From NCBI GenBank assembly GCA_951406725.2, contig OX597822.1:63860001-63924000 (forward strand): DNA of 64,000 bases, in the 5' to 3' direction. The translations under genes and the position numbers were made by a program. This DNA comes from Octopus vulgaris. Taxonomy: Eukaryota. Positions 1 through 11,539 of the stretch are shown one piece after another (within the stretch, counting starts at the first letter, position 1; each line of letters opens with the position of its first letter). The notes under the pieces are model-generated. The model saw nothing but the letters and a program-made list of their open reading frames with translations, was not told the origin of the DNA and searched no databases.

Positions 1-190
1 GACATGCATACGACACAGAGTGTGATAAAACCAGACTGTTTGAAATACTGCAACTATTCATTTTTGCCAGTTCAGTTGACTAGAACAACGTAACATAAAG
101 TGTCTTGCTCAACAACACAAAGCACCACCAGGAATTGAACTCACAATGTTATGATCATGAATTGAATACCCTAATCACCAAGCCATGTAG
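1..190 (-). mobile_element. tRNA-derived SINE fragment, same family as 61165-61480
   Basis: Shares the actcattttt...tgctcaa...gaattgaactcac...ccctaa sequence with 61165-61480; B-box-like GAGTTCAATTC on the minus strand. Confidence 0.6.
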
Positions 191-624
191 CTTCACTCTA
201 CAACAGGGATTACCAAAGGGGGTCGGCGAGGAATTAGAGGGCCAATGATAGCCAAGGGGTCGAATGGGGGTCAGCGTGTGAAAGACCATCTAGACCAGGG
301 GTCGCCAAAGGGGATCTGAGAGACTCCCTTTGGGTTGGCGAGGAATTACAGGGGGTCGAATGAGGGTTGGTGTGCAAAAGACCAGCTCACCAAGATGAAC
401 TGCTTGGAATACTTAGTCAGTGCCGTGCCCATCCCTCTCATTGATGTTGTCGAGTTCAATAAAAGACATTCCAGCAATATGATGCGTTTCTTCACATTTT
501 CTAACATTCTAAAATTTTTCCTATAGCATGAAAGAAGCAACAGCAACCGACTCCAGTGTATTCTTCCTGAAAGCCCTGTAGTTGATGATGATGATGATGA
601 TGATTAATTCATCAGGAACAGCTG

Positions 625-1385
625 TGTGCTTAAGGAGCTCACTTTGCAACCATGCGGTTTTGGGTTCAGTTTCACTTTGCAGCACCTTGGGCAAGAGTGT
701 TCTACTATAGTTTCAAGGTGACCAATGCCTTGTTAGTGAATATGGCAGATGGAAACTGTGAGGAAGCCCATATATATATATATTTATATATATATGTATA
801 CGAGCAAAGCGACCCCCCCCCCCGTCCAATAGAGTTGTCAAACATTTAAACCAAATTTTCTCAAAACAACTTGTCCGACCTCCCCATAGGCCTCCCCTTT
901 GAGAAACACTGATTTAACTTAAATTTGAGACACCAGCAAAAGAAGAAATAAAGATGAACTTTTTTTCTATTTGATTTTACAAATGCATGTTCCATGTCTT
1001 TATTGATCGCATTCTCATCTGGAATCGATTTTTGTAAATTTTTCAAGACTTATACACGCCCTGATACCGTCAGTATCTACATATCAAATTTGAGTGCGAT
1101 TGGATGGAGGATGCTCGAGATCCTAGAAGACACACACAAAGACAGACAGAACGGATTTTATATAATAAATATATATATATATATATGTAGATATATGTGT
1201 ATGTATCTTTGTGTTTGTCCCATACCACTGCTTGAAATTTCTGGTGTTGGTTTGTTTATGCCCCTGTAACTTAGTTGTTCAACAAAAGAGCTCTATAAAA
1301 TAAACACCAGATTTTAAAATAAGTACCGGGGTCGATTTGTTGAGCTAAAATCCCTTCAGCAAATATTTACTTGTTTCAGTTCAAT
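625..1385 (+). mobile_element. tRNA-derived SINE (family A) interrupted in its central microsatellite by an insertion
   Basis: Head (ggttcagt...caccttgggcaag) at about 625-770; tail (cctgtaacttag...ggggtcgatttg) at about 1200-1385. Confidence 0.7.
800..1168 (-). mobile_element. Probable non-autonomous Helitron-like element
   Basis: The minus-strand 5' end (ttattatataaaatccgttctgtctgtc) resembles the starts of the elements at 22871 and 23254; inserted in a (TA)n run. Confidence 0.4.
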
Positions 1386-2329
1386 GACAAAACAAAAATA
1401 AACGATACAAGATAATGGGCCTACTAATTTGTTGTCATTAACTTAATTGTGATATTTTGATATCAATATTGGAGAGTAACTCTTAAATATTTAATATCTA
1501 ATGCATCATCATCATCATGATGAAAATTATCACTTTTCATTTCCCTGTCCCTATACTGTTGAATAAATTACCCATAACCCTCATGAATAGTTTTATACTT
1601 TAACATTAGATATATTAGTCAGATATTATAGTACTTAATTACCATTATGAAAAATGTAAGCCTGGGAGAGGGTTTGTGTGAAAGATCAGAATGTGATTAT
1701 ATAATTTATATGAATAGAATCATAATGAAAGAGGGGAATTATTATTTAAATAGAAAAGCAGTAAGCTTTCAAGCTGGGACAAGCAGCATCATTTATTTTG
1801 AAAACAATGAATTGTAAATAGATGTGGCATTTGCAATATTAAAACTTCAACTAATTATTATACTGATAACGAATTATTTCTTTAATTATATTATAGAAGA
1901 TTTATTCTTAGTAAACAGTTCATTATCAAAGCTATTTCAATTAAAATTATAACTAGACTCTTAATGAAACTACTTAAGTGGAGAAAGAAAAAATTTCCAA
2001 AAAAAATTTTTTTTAAATTGGCTTTTCTTTTTTTTTTCTTTCTTTTAATTAATGATCAACAATTAAAATAATTATCTTTATTAAATCAACTGTTATTGTC
2101 AATGCTTAGAATATTAAAATTACTACAGAAGTACAAATATAAACAGACACACATACAATACAATTAATACAACATCAATACAGATAATTTTGCATAGTCA
2201 CATTATGTACTAATAACATATAACATGCGTTCTGAAAAATCCCTAATCCTCACCAGCTAATGTATGTGTGTATATATATATATATGTATATATATATCCC
2301 TGTGATATCGGATTAATGAAGCTATTTAC

Positions 2330-2524
2330 CTTTTGATGTTCTGTACACAACAGTAGGGGACATTGGACCATATCCCTTATTGTTGCGAGCTTGCATTTTG
2401 AAAAAATAAGTTGTGTCTGGGGTGAGGTCTTTGATTGTGGATGACAGTTTGTCTCCATCGACATTGTGCACAACCCAATCTCGGTCGTCTTGGTGGGAAT
2501 CGGTGGTGTAGAAAATTAAATAGC
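2330..2524 (-). CDS. NEO1/DCC: Exon: FN6 C-terminal (YLIFYTTDSHQDDRDWVVHNVDGDK...YFFKMQARNNKGYGPMSPTVVYRTSK)
   Basis: ttgcag and gtaaat; 195 nt, phase 1 to 1. Confidence 0.95.
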
Positions 2525-2744
2525 CTGCAAAGATAGAGAAGAAGGAATTCAACATCATCATCATATTACTATTATCTTCCCCCCACTTCTTTCTTCAAAT
2601 TTTCATCCATTTCTCGCCGAGTGTTTTCTGTACACCTAGGGCAGAGAAGCTCATTCTATGCATTCCCAGATTACACATGCAAATTCACAGGTAAAAGATG
2701 TATTTAAAAAATCAATAAATAAATTTATGAATGGATGTTGTTTC

Positions 2745-3005
2745 CACAGCGATAATGCTCTTCTCAGTACATGAGTCGTTCCAGTTTACACAATTTTTTG
2801 CACTTCCTGTAGGGATGGTAAGCCTAGTATCATTTTCAAATAAGTTTCAGTACCTTTTTTTAATCATTCCTAGAGATCCTACAATCACTGGTACTGTAGT
2901 TGCCTTGAGATGCCACATTTTTTCAATTTCTATTAGCAAGTCTTTATATCTACTGATCTTGTCAAATTCTTTCGTCTCTATATTGTGATTGCAAGGAATA
3001 CTCAT
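2745..3005 (-). pseudogene. 3' fragment of an RLE-type non-LTR retrotransposon ORF (R4/Dong/NeSL-like)
   Basis: Translates MSIPCNHNIETKEFDKISRYKDLLIEIEKMWHLKATTVPVIVGSLGMIKK, then a frameshift, then ...LQEVQKIV*TGTTHVLRRAL; typical RLE C-terminal motif. Confidence 0.7.
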
Positions 3006-3906
3006 GTTTTGGTGGAGGGGTCAGTCAATTACATAGACTTCAGTGCTTAACTAGTACTTATTTTATTGACCCTGTAAAGATGAAGGGCAAAGTCAACCCT
3101 GGCAGCCTCAAGCCAAGCAATAGCAATGTCTTGCATTGCTGCATATGCAGCTTAAGTGCATATGCACGGCTGTATATTTGTGGTGTTTGTATGACGTGCA
3201 TCAGAATGTGGCCACTCATGTTGACTTACAGACAGGGCGGTAGAAGACACTAGCTCAAGCGCTATGCAGTGGGACTGAACCCAAAGGTATGCAGTTGTGA
3301 AGCAAGTTTGTTTTTTAACTACACAACTAAATATAGCCAAGTCTGGGTCGTTGTGGCAGACAGAGTGACATTAGTGGGGTGAGCTGAACAATATCCAGAT
3401 GTATTTTTGATAGAAAAAAATGAAAAACCAAACTGAACAAATTAACCCTTTTGTTATCATATTTCTGTTGAAACACACTATGAAAATAATGAATAATTAA
3501 TTAAACTAATTCTGTCATTATTAAGCTGGTGTTTGAGATAAACGAACAGGAAATTTTAATGGAAGGTTTTAATTTAGATCACTTTAAAATAGGAAGTTTG
3601 TATCGTAGAACCAAAGGCAATCTCAGTATAGGGTAGCTAGAAAAGTAGGGTTTGGGATCTGCCTTAAGTGATGCTTTAAGGGGGTGGCATTTTTGGGATC
3701 TGATCTCTTAGCCTGGCTTGGGAGCCCAGGTGGGTGCAGAAAAATTAAGAGCTGTACACTCCTCTCCCCTTGTAGTAGCACACACTCCTCTAACAATGCC
3801 AGTGGATCTGCGGCAGGTTGGTTTTAAAAGGATTCCATTTCCCCATTGCTTGTTCCGGTAGTTTCTAGATGAACAAAAAGAAAAAGAAAAAAAAAAAGGT
3901 ACTGAC

Positions 3907-4014
3907 CTGTTAGTTGACCGTTTGGTCGTGGTGGTGGTTGCCAACTTAATGTAATAGACAGTGGGTTACCCTCCACTGGAGCTGGGGTTAAATCTCGGGG
4001 TATACCTCCAGGAG
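3907..4014 (-). CDS. NEO1/DCC: Exon: FN6 N-terminal (PGGIPRDLTPAPVEGNPLSITLSWQPPPRPNGQLT)
   Basis: tttcag and gtcagt; 108 nt, phase 1 to 1. Confidence 0.95.
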
Positions 4015-4212
4015 CTGAAATATCAATAGCAAACATTAATCAACAGAAATTCAACTTTATTCCTCTCCCTTCTTATCGTCTTCCATTACAATGATTAATA
4101 ATAATTTCTTAAGTAGGAAACAAAAATGGTAAACCGCCTTACCTCTCCTCCCCTGCTTTCATACTTTAACACCCCACTACCATCTCATTGCATAACCCCC
4201 CCCTCTACAGGT

Positions 4213-4622
4213 TCTTATTTCTTTATTGCCCACAAGGGGCTAAACATAGAGGGGACAAACAAGGACAAACAAATGGATTAAGTTGATTACATCGATACCA
4301 GTGCATAACTGGTACTTAATTTATCGACCCCGAAAGGATGAAAAGCAAAATCGACCTCAGCGGAATTTGAACTCAGAATGTAATAGCAGACGAAATACCT
4401 ATTTCTTTACTACCCACAAGGGGCTAAACACAGAGAGGACAAACAAGGACAGACAAACAGATTAAGTCGATTATATCGACCTCAGTGCATAACTGGTACT
4501 TATTTAATCGACCCTGAAAGGATGAATGGCAAAGTTGACCTCGGCGGAATTTGAACTCAGAATGTAGCAGCAGACGAAATACCGTTTACCTGGCATGCTA
4601 ACGTTTCTGCCAGCTTGCCGCT
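4213..4622 (-). mobile_element. Two tandem copies of SINE family B variant
   Basis: Repeated cccacaaggggctaaac...gaaaggatg...ggaatttgaactcagaa unit. Confidence 0.75.
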
Positions 4623-5671
4623 TTACCTCTACAGGTTCTATAGTCTTGTGAGCAGCATAGTAACTTCACTGGTGCCAGCGGCATGAAAATAAGCACCCAG
4701 TGTATGCTGGAAAGTGGTTGGCATCAAGAAGGGCATCCAACCGCAAAATCTATGCCAAAGCTGGATTCCCTTCCTGTTACCAACTCTCACCTATTTCCAA
4801 GCAAGATAATATTTCTTCATGATCACACATGTTCTCGCAGAATATGGGAAATGAATGGCATTGCCTGCATCACAGTGGCACTCTTTTACAACTAACACGT
4901 GTTGTCAAGACAAAGGGACACAAACACTTACACACACACATACAATGGGCTTCTTGCAGTTTTCACCCATCAAATCTATTCACTAGGGTTTGGTTGGCCC
5001 ACCACTATAGTAGAAGACACGTGCCCAAGGTTGCATGCAATGAGACTGAACCCAGAACCATGTGGTTGGGAAGCAGATTTCTTAACACACAGCCATGCCC
5101 ACACCTAAACAAATTTCTTAACCATTCAACCATAGCAGTTGAGGCACGCATGCATGCACACAGACACACATACACTAATCTTTTACTTATTTCAGACATT
5201 AGACTGCGGCCACCTTGAAGAATTTTAGTTGAACAAATTGATCCTTGTACTGTTTATGCTCCAGCCTGGTATTTATTCCATCGGTCTCTTTTGCCGAACT
5301 GCTAAGTCTGGTACTTATTCTATTGGGCTCTTTTGCCGAACCGCCAAGTCTGGTACTCATTCTATCAGTTTCTTTTGCTGAACTGCTAACTTACAGGAAT
5401 GTAAACACACCAACACCGGTTGTCAAGCAGTGGTGAGAGACAAACACAGATACACACACATATGTATATAACTGGTCTCTTTCAGTTTCCACTGACTAAA
5501 TCCACCCACAAGGCTTTGGTCAGTTCAAGGTTACAGTATTAATAGAAGACACTTGCCCAAGGTGCCATGCAGTGGGACTGAACCCAGAACCACATGATTG
5601 GGAGGCAAACTTCTTAACACACAATTCTAAAATTTACTGCAGTTAATTAACAACAATCAAATGCTATTTAC

Positions 5672-5986
5672 CTGATTCCTGAGTTGTGTTGACGACACTC
5701 ATGCTCCAAGTACTCTTACGAAGGTTTTTGGTAACTTTCACTGAGAACTCGTACTGTGTATTTGGTTTCAGGTGGTCTATGTGTGCATTGAGGTCTGTTG
5801 AATTGATGTAGCGATACTTCTTGTTGTTATAGACAGGTGAGTAGCGTACCGTGTAGTAACGATTATCCGTGATGCGCTGAGCACGACTCAAGGTCGAGTC
5901 AGTCCATGTGAGTACAATTGTTTGAGATGATAGAACAATTGTTTTCAATCCGACTGGAGGCATCATTGGAGTAGCGAGATCAATCT
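5672..5986 (-). CDS. NEO1/DCC: Exon: FN5 (IDLATPMMPPVGLK...RYYTVRY...STWSMSVVNTTQES)
   Basis: ttccag and gtaaat; 315 nt, phase 1 to 1; signature motifs of the netrin/RGM-binding FN5. Confidence 0.96.
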
Positions 5987-6169
5987 CTGGAAAAGAACAG
6001 AACAGAGAAAACATTTCAGGAACTGAAAATGGACGGGTTTGCCACTATGAAATTTTATGAGTTAGTTGCATTTGAGTTCTTACACAAGACATATAACTGA
6101 TCACACAAACACAAGGGAATGCACATTATTTACATTTGACGGATATTCGTCCTCATCTTGTTTGTTGTT

Positions 6170-6215
6170 AACACAACATTTCGGCTGATATACCCTCCAG
6201 CCTTCATCAGGTGTT
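6170..6215 (-). ncRNA. Minimal type I hammerhead ribozyme motif (Penelope-associated type)
   Basis: aacac-CTGATGA-a-ggctg[loop 10]cagcc-GAAA-tgtt-gtgtt; stems I and II are perfect. Confidence 0.65.
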
Positions 6216-6281
6216 TTGGGGAAATTTTGAACATGAGTTCTCATTCCTAAGGTATTTTTTGATATTCCAGGAAGATGGATA

Positions 6282-6762
6282 TTAACCCTTTCGTTACCAA
6301 CCCGGCTGAAACCGCCTGTGGCTCTGTAGTACAAATGTCTTGTTTTCATAAGTTTTGAATTAAAATCTAACCCCAAACCTTAGTCACAATTTATGTTCCT
6401 AACACTAGCTGAATGATAACTAAGTTATTTTACTAAATTCTTTGTTATATTGAAAATTAATTGAAAAAAACACAGAGCATCTCAACAGAAATTTGGTAAT
6501 GAAAGGGTCAAAATATATAGAGTAACAATTCTTAACCCTTTTGATACCAACCTGGCTGAAACCACCTCTGGCTCTGTAGTACAAATATCTTGTTTTCATA
6601 AGTTTTGAATTAAAAATCTTCCAACAAACCTTAGTCACAATTTATGCTCCTAACATCAGCTTAATGATAATGAAGTTATTTTACTAAATTCTTTGTTATA
6701 TTTAAGATTAATTGAAAGAAATACAGAACATCTCAACAGAAATATGGTAACAAAAGGGTTAA
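6282..6762. mobile_element. Two tandem piggyBac-like MITEs (TTAA-CCCTTT...AAAGGG-TTAA), 6282-6511 and 6532-6762
   Basis: TIRs ccctttcgttacc/ggtaacaaaaggg with TTAA flanks; further copies at 19618-19846, about 3442, about 28300-28855 and about 47925-48135. Confidence 0.75.
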
Positions 6763-6860
6763 ATGATGACAATGATGATGGTGGTGATCAAAGAAGTTGG
6801 CTACAGCATAAGACAATGTGGCATGGGAGTGGGGAAGGATTATTACAATAAATGACTTAC

Positions 6861-6956
6861 CTGACTCTTTTTCTGTTTTTACATGGGCATATATTGGTGG
6901 CCCATCACCCATCTTGTTGGTAGCCATGACTTTAATAACATAAGAAGATGCTGGTT
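6861..6956 (-). CDS. NEO1/DCC: Exon: FN4 C-terminal (PASSYVIKVMATNKMGDGPPIYAHVKTEKES)
   Basis: ttatag and gtaagt; 96 nt, phase 1 to 1. Confidence 0.95.
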
Positions 6957-7036
6957 CTATAACAAAAATGATAAAAAGAAAAAGAGATTGTTAGTAAAAA
7001 TATAAAGTCTTGTTTACTGATTAGTATTTGGTTAGT

Positions 7037-7334
7037 TGGAGGCACAATGGCCCAGTGGTTAGGGCAGCGGACTCGCGGTCGGAGTATTGCGGTTTCGATT
7101 CGCAGACCGGGCATTGTGTGTTTATTGAGCGAAAACACCTAAAAGCTCCACGAGGGGATGGTAGTGGCCCCTGTTTCGCCACAACTTTCTCTCACTCTCT
7201 CTTCCTGCTACTTGAGTAACGCTACGATGCACTGGTGTCCCGTCCTGCTGGGGGGAACACATATGCCACAGAAACCAGGAAACTGGGCTCATGAGCCTGG
7301 CTTGGCTTGAAAAGGGCGCATAAATAAATAGAAA
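7037..7334 (+). mobile_element. tRNA-derived SINE (family C) with target-site duplication
   Basis: A-box tggcccagtggtt and B-box ggtttcgattc; 11-bp TSD atttggttagt (7026-7036 / 7335-7345). Confidence 0.8.
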
Positions 7335-8265
7335 ATTTGGTTAGTACTTTATTTTATTGACTCTGAGATGACAGAAAAATGCAGATTCACCTCAGTAAGA
7401 GTTGAATTCATAATGTAAAAGTAACACACCAAAATACTGTACTTGCCAGTGTATGGGGGCATGTGCTACCACAGTGTCGCTGCATTTACCATTTTTCGGA
7501 CTTTGCTTGGGCTGTCCTGTGTAATGCTCCAAGATGTGTCCCACTCAGTCCTTTATCTTTGTGAAACACTCATTCATCCACCATGAGCAGGCGGCTTGTG
7601 GTCAATGAATGTAAGCTGTTGCTGCAGGTGGATCCTCAGAGAAGAGGACATGATGTGCAGGGTTCAAAATGGAAAATGGAGCAACACGACGAAATAGTCT
7701 GCGGCCATGCTGGGGTATTACTTTGAAGAATTTTAGTCAAACGAATCAACTCCAGGACTTATTACATTTTAAACTTGGTACTTATTTGATTGGTCTCTTT
7801 TGCCAAACTCTTAAGTTATGGAGATGTAAACACACCAACACAAGTCATCAAGTGGTGGTGTGGGACAAACATAGACACACATACAACAGGCTTCTTTCAG
7901 TTTCCATCTACCAAATCCACTCACAAGGCTTTGGTTGGCCCAAGGCTATGGTAAAAGACACTTGCTTAAAGAGCCATGCAGTGCAACTGAACTTAGAACC
8001 ATGTGGTTGGGAGGCAAGCTTCTTACCACACAGTTACTCCTCTTTTTTATATTTTGTATTTTTAAATGTATCAAAGACTTGTCCTGCATCTAATGCAACC
8101 ATATTAAGGGTGAGAGATCAAGTGTTGTAGGTTAGAGAGGCAAATGAGTATTAGATCATTAGACAGAATAATTTTTACTAATAATAAAACAATTGAAAAA
8201 TATCTTAGTCTATTAGCACAAACTTAAGTATGTAAGAGTTAGCAGAGGAGAAATGGCAAACTTAC

Positions 8266-8463
8266 GAAGATTTTTGATTTTATAAACACGTTGTTGAGGA
8301 CCAAGTTTGACTCGCATAACATCTGGTATACCCTTGCCGTAGGTAACAGTGTAACCCCTTACTAATGTCTTGCTGCTGTCAACGGGTGGAGCCCATCGCA
8401 CCGAGATTGAGTTGGCTTCAGTAGCGGTTCGAACTTTAGAAGGTTTTCCAGGAACATGAGATT
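8266..8463 (-). CDS. NEO1/DCC: Exon: FN4 N-terminal (SHVPGKPSKVRTATEANSISVRWAPP...VRGYTVTYGKGIPDV...YKIKNL)
   Basis: tcacag and gtaagt; 198 nt, phase 1 to 1. Confidence 0.95.
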
Positions 8464-8594
8464 CTGTGAAAAGACGGGAAAAAAAAAAAAAGAAAAAGGA
8501 TGAAAGGTAATTTTCAATGAAAAAAAATATGAAGATAAGATATATTTATAGTTCCAGTAGATTACTGGTACTTATTTTGTGTCGATCACTTAAA

Positions 8595-8975
8595 ATGGAG
8601 AGAAGTTGTGGAAAATGGAGACCCTGGAAGACATGGGATGAAGTACTGAAGCCCGATTTCAAAATGCTGAACCTTGCAAAGGAAATGACAGAGGACTGAG
8701 ATATGTATCGCATTGCTGTACTCAAGGTCTGCCCGCCACAACAAAATTGATATCCTAAAACCAAAGAGTCACATCAAAAGCATTGATATTGGTGCCATGT
8801 AAAAAGCACCCAGTACAGTGTGTGAAATGGTTGGCATTAGGAAGGGCACCCAGCTGTAGAAACCGAGCCAAAACATACTATGGAATCTGGTGTGACTCCT
8901 GGTCTTGCCACTTCCTGTCAAGCCATCCAACCCATACCAGTGAGGAAAATGGACATTAAATGATGATGATGATGA
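8595..8975 (+). mobile_element. RTE-type LINE 3' end remnant
   Basis: KWRPWKTWDEVLKPDFKMLNLAKEMTED motif, the shared 3' UTR (ttaggaagggca...ccaaccca) and a (GAT)n tail; related pieces at about 14220-14515, 43240-43460, 47300-47480 and 63755-64000. Confidence 0.7.
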
Positions 8976-10433
8976 TGGTGGTTTTATTGAACGTTAAAGA
9001 ATGAAAGACTAAGTCAGCCTAGCAGCTAGGATTCAAAATGCAGAGGAATGAAGTTAAATACTGGAAGTTCGTAACTCAGTGGACACAGCGTTACGAAGTT
9101 TGCCTCACAATCACGCGGTCACACGACAGTGTGGTACCTTGGACAAATAGTTCAACTCAAGCCTCAAGAGTGACACTGTGCAGAAGCTCATAGGATAAGT
9201 TGAACCCGTAATTCAAAGGTATGGCCTTGTCATGCCCCGTGTTATACAGATTCATCACCACCATCATCGTTTAGCATCTGTATTCCATGCTGGCAAAAAG
9301 TTGGACAATTTGACATTATTTGACAGGTCAGAGAACTGTGTCAAACTCTAATGTTGTGTTTTTGCATGGTTTCCACAGCTGGATGACCTTCCTAATATCA
9401 ACCGCTTTATAGAGTGTACTGAATGGATTTCTGTTTTTGCGTCACTGGCACTAGCGAGGTTGTCAAGCAGCTTGCAAACCAAGAGCCCTTGATTGAGCAG
9501 GGTGATTGATGGTGGGGCTGGTGGTACAGAATTGAGGGAGCTGATTTATGTCAGGTGTTAAGAAGTAGGCACATGACAGACAAGAACGTGTTTTTCCTCA
9601 GCTGGAAAAAGAGAGAAGGTGGTGGTGATGAAGTGTCAGGATGTACTGTCAAAGCACGAGGGTGGGGCTGGGGACAGAGGAGTAAGTAAAGTGGAGAAGA
9701 GCAGAGGATCATGTAAGTTTGCAAGTGTGTGAAATGAGCAATAAATGATTAGAGCTCGGGAATATAGGGTTATAGATAATGCAATGAACTGCAAGCAGGG
9801 AAGGGGGCATGATCAATGGTGAAAACCAATTTGGGAGAAGGTGAAAGAAATAAGAGTGGGCCAGAGAAGGGGAGGTGGTAAGTCATTCCTTCCTGCCCCT
9901 TGATTGTGCAGTCGTTGGGGCATTCGTTGATGACATCGCAGCTAAATTTTGTCACATCTCTCAGTCTTTTGCTGCCCTTTGCGAGTTAACAAAATTGAGA
10001 TCTGCCCACTCTTTGATGCTAACCCAAGTGACAACCAATTCAATATGGGTTCTGGTCTATTTGTTATCATCATGAATGTGCCATGGTCAAGTTAGATTGG
10101 TGGTGCCCACTCCTTTCCAAGATGTTAGCCACAATTGTATGCCTCAACCTCAAACATGCCCTACCCCCAAACATAAGACCATTGACCAGAGCTGATTCCT
10201 CCACCCTAGCTGATGACTCTTTGGGAGGCATTACCCAGAGTCTACCACCTACTGATGCAGTATTAACACCATCCCCACACTTGGTTTAACTCATTAACTG
10301 GGGTACTAAAAGAGTGGGGTACTAGAAGCCATCAAGTGATAGATTAGGAGTTGGATGGGGACCAGTTCATGCCTGTCTACCTGACCATTCCTAGCAAGGT
10401 GCAACTGTCAGACACCAGAGATACTCTCTATAC

Positions 10434-10775
10434 CAGCGTTTCTCAACCGAGGTTCCCTGGAACCCTAGGGTTCTGTTAGAAAGAGTGAGATAAACCAATG
10501 CTAATTTCATGATTGTAATATTACTATACATGCACAACATATTATTGGTTATTGTAATATTTGTAATATAGACATCATCCTATCTAACCTATTATGTTAT
10601 CAAAAAAATATAACAACTATATATATGTATATATGTATGTGTGTGTATTTACCATTGAACTATGATGAAAAAAATACGAGAAAGATATGGTATATAATTT
10701 ATTTTGTGCAGGGGTTCCTTGAGACATGTAATTTATTTTAAGGGTTATGTAAGGGTAAAAAAGCTGAGAAACACT
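10434..10775. mobile_element. hAT-like MITE
   Basis: TIR-like ends cagcgtttctcaacc ... gctgagaaacact; ctctatac on the left flank is partly repeated on the right. Confidence 0.6.
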
Positions 10776-11428
10776 ATACAGAGCCCTCTACAATAAACAA
10801 CATGGGAAATAGTGGGGTGAAGAACAGTGTAGAATTATGCTAAGGGTATACTTGGCTACGTCTCCACAAATTCAATCAGCAAGTAAATCAGTAGATCAAT
10901 CAACTGAACCTTTAGTGCTGAGACTAACACAGATCCACTATTTACTTCACTCCACCATAATGATAATCTAGAAGATTCTTTTATATATTAAATGCAATAA
11001 TTATTTTCACTTCCTCAAACCAAAATGTTACAAACACAGTTTTTTTAAAAGATAAAGGTTACACATTAATAACATAGCTAAACATTTCTTTTTAGAGAAA
11101 TATAGCAATAATAAGCAATACTACCAACTTTCAATAGACAAAAATACAAATTTCTTTGGACAAGTTACAAATCTAGAGTAGGGTTTTTTTTAATTATTTT
11201 TTTTATTTCTCTGGTAATCAAATCCAATTACTACGTTCCGAAATGATGCTAATGATACTGATTATTGGCACCATCAGCATTAGTTTAACATCTGTATTTC
11301 CATTTATTAAGTTTGGCTGTATTTAATACTGAAAGAACAATATGAAAGAGAGAGAGAGAGGGGGGGAGAAACCTCCGTCAAAAAATACAGACAAGAAAAA
11401 ATCAAGAGAAAAAAAAAACAATTCTTAC

Positions 11429-11539
11429 CATCAAGATCATCATCATACGTTTTTGTGAAAAGCCAGTCTGTGAATGGACCAATGCCAAGGGTTGAGAGTG
11501 CAGCTATACGAACTGAATATTCGGCGCCTTTTTCTAGAT
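11429..11539 (-). CDS. NEO1/DCC: Exon: FN3 C-terminal (LEKGAEYSVRIAALSTLGIGPFTDWLFTKTYDDDLD)
   Basis: atttag and gtaaga; 111 nt, phase 1 to 1. Confidence 0.95.

Noticed and set aside
205-395. G-rich degenerate tandem duplication as a regulatory element
   Set aside because: It looks like decayed MITE or tandem repeat sequence (caggggtcgccaa); there is no support for a function.
2254-2256. ttag|CTG|gtgagg as a 3-nt microexon after FN6
   Set aside because: It has no polypyrimidine tract (a TA/CA repeat instead) and would need a 73-nt intron; probably chance.
7037-7115. tRNA gene
   Set aside because: The A/B boxes belong to a SINE head that continues into a repeat body with TSDs; there is no full cloverleaf.
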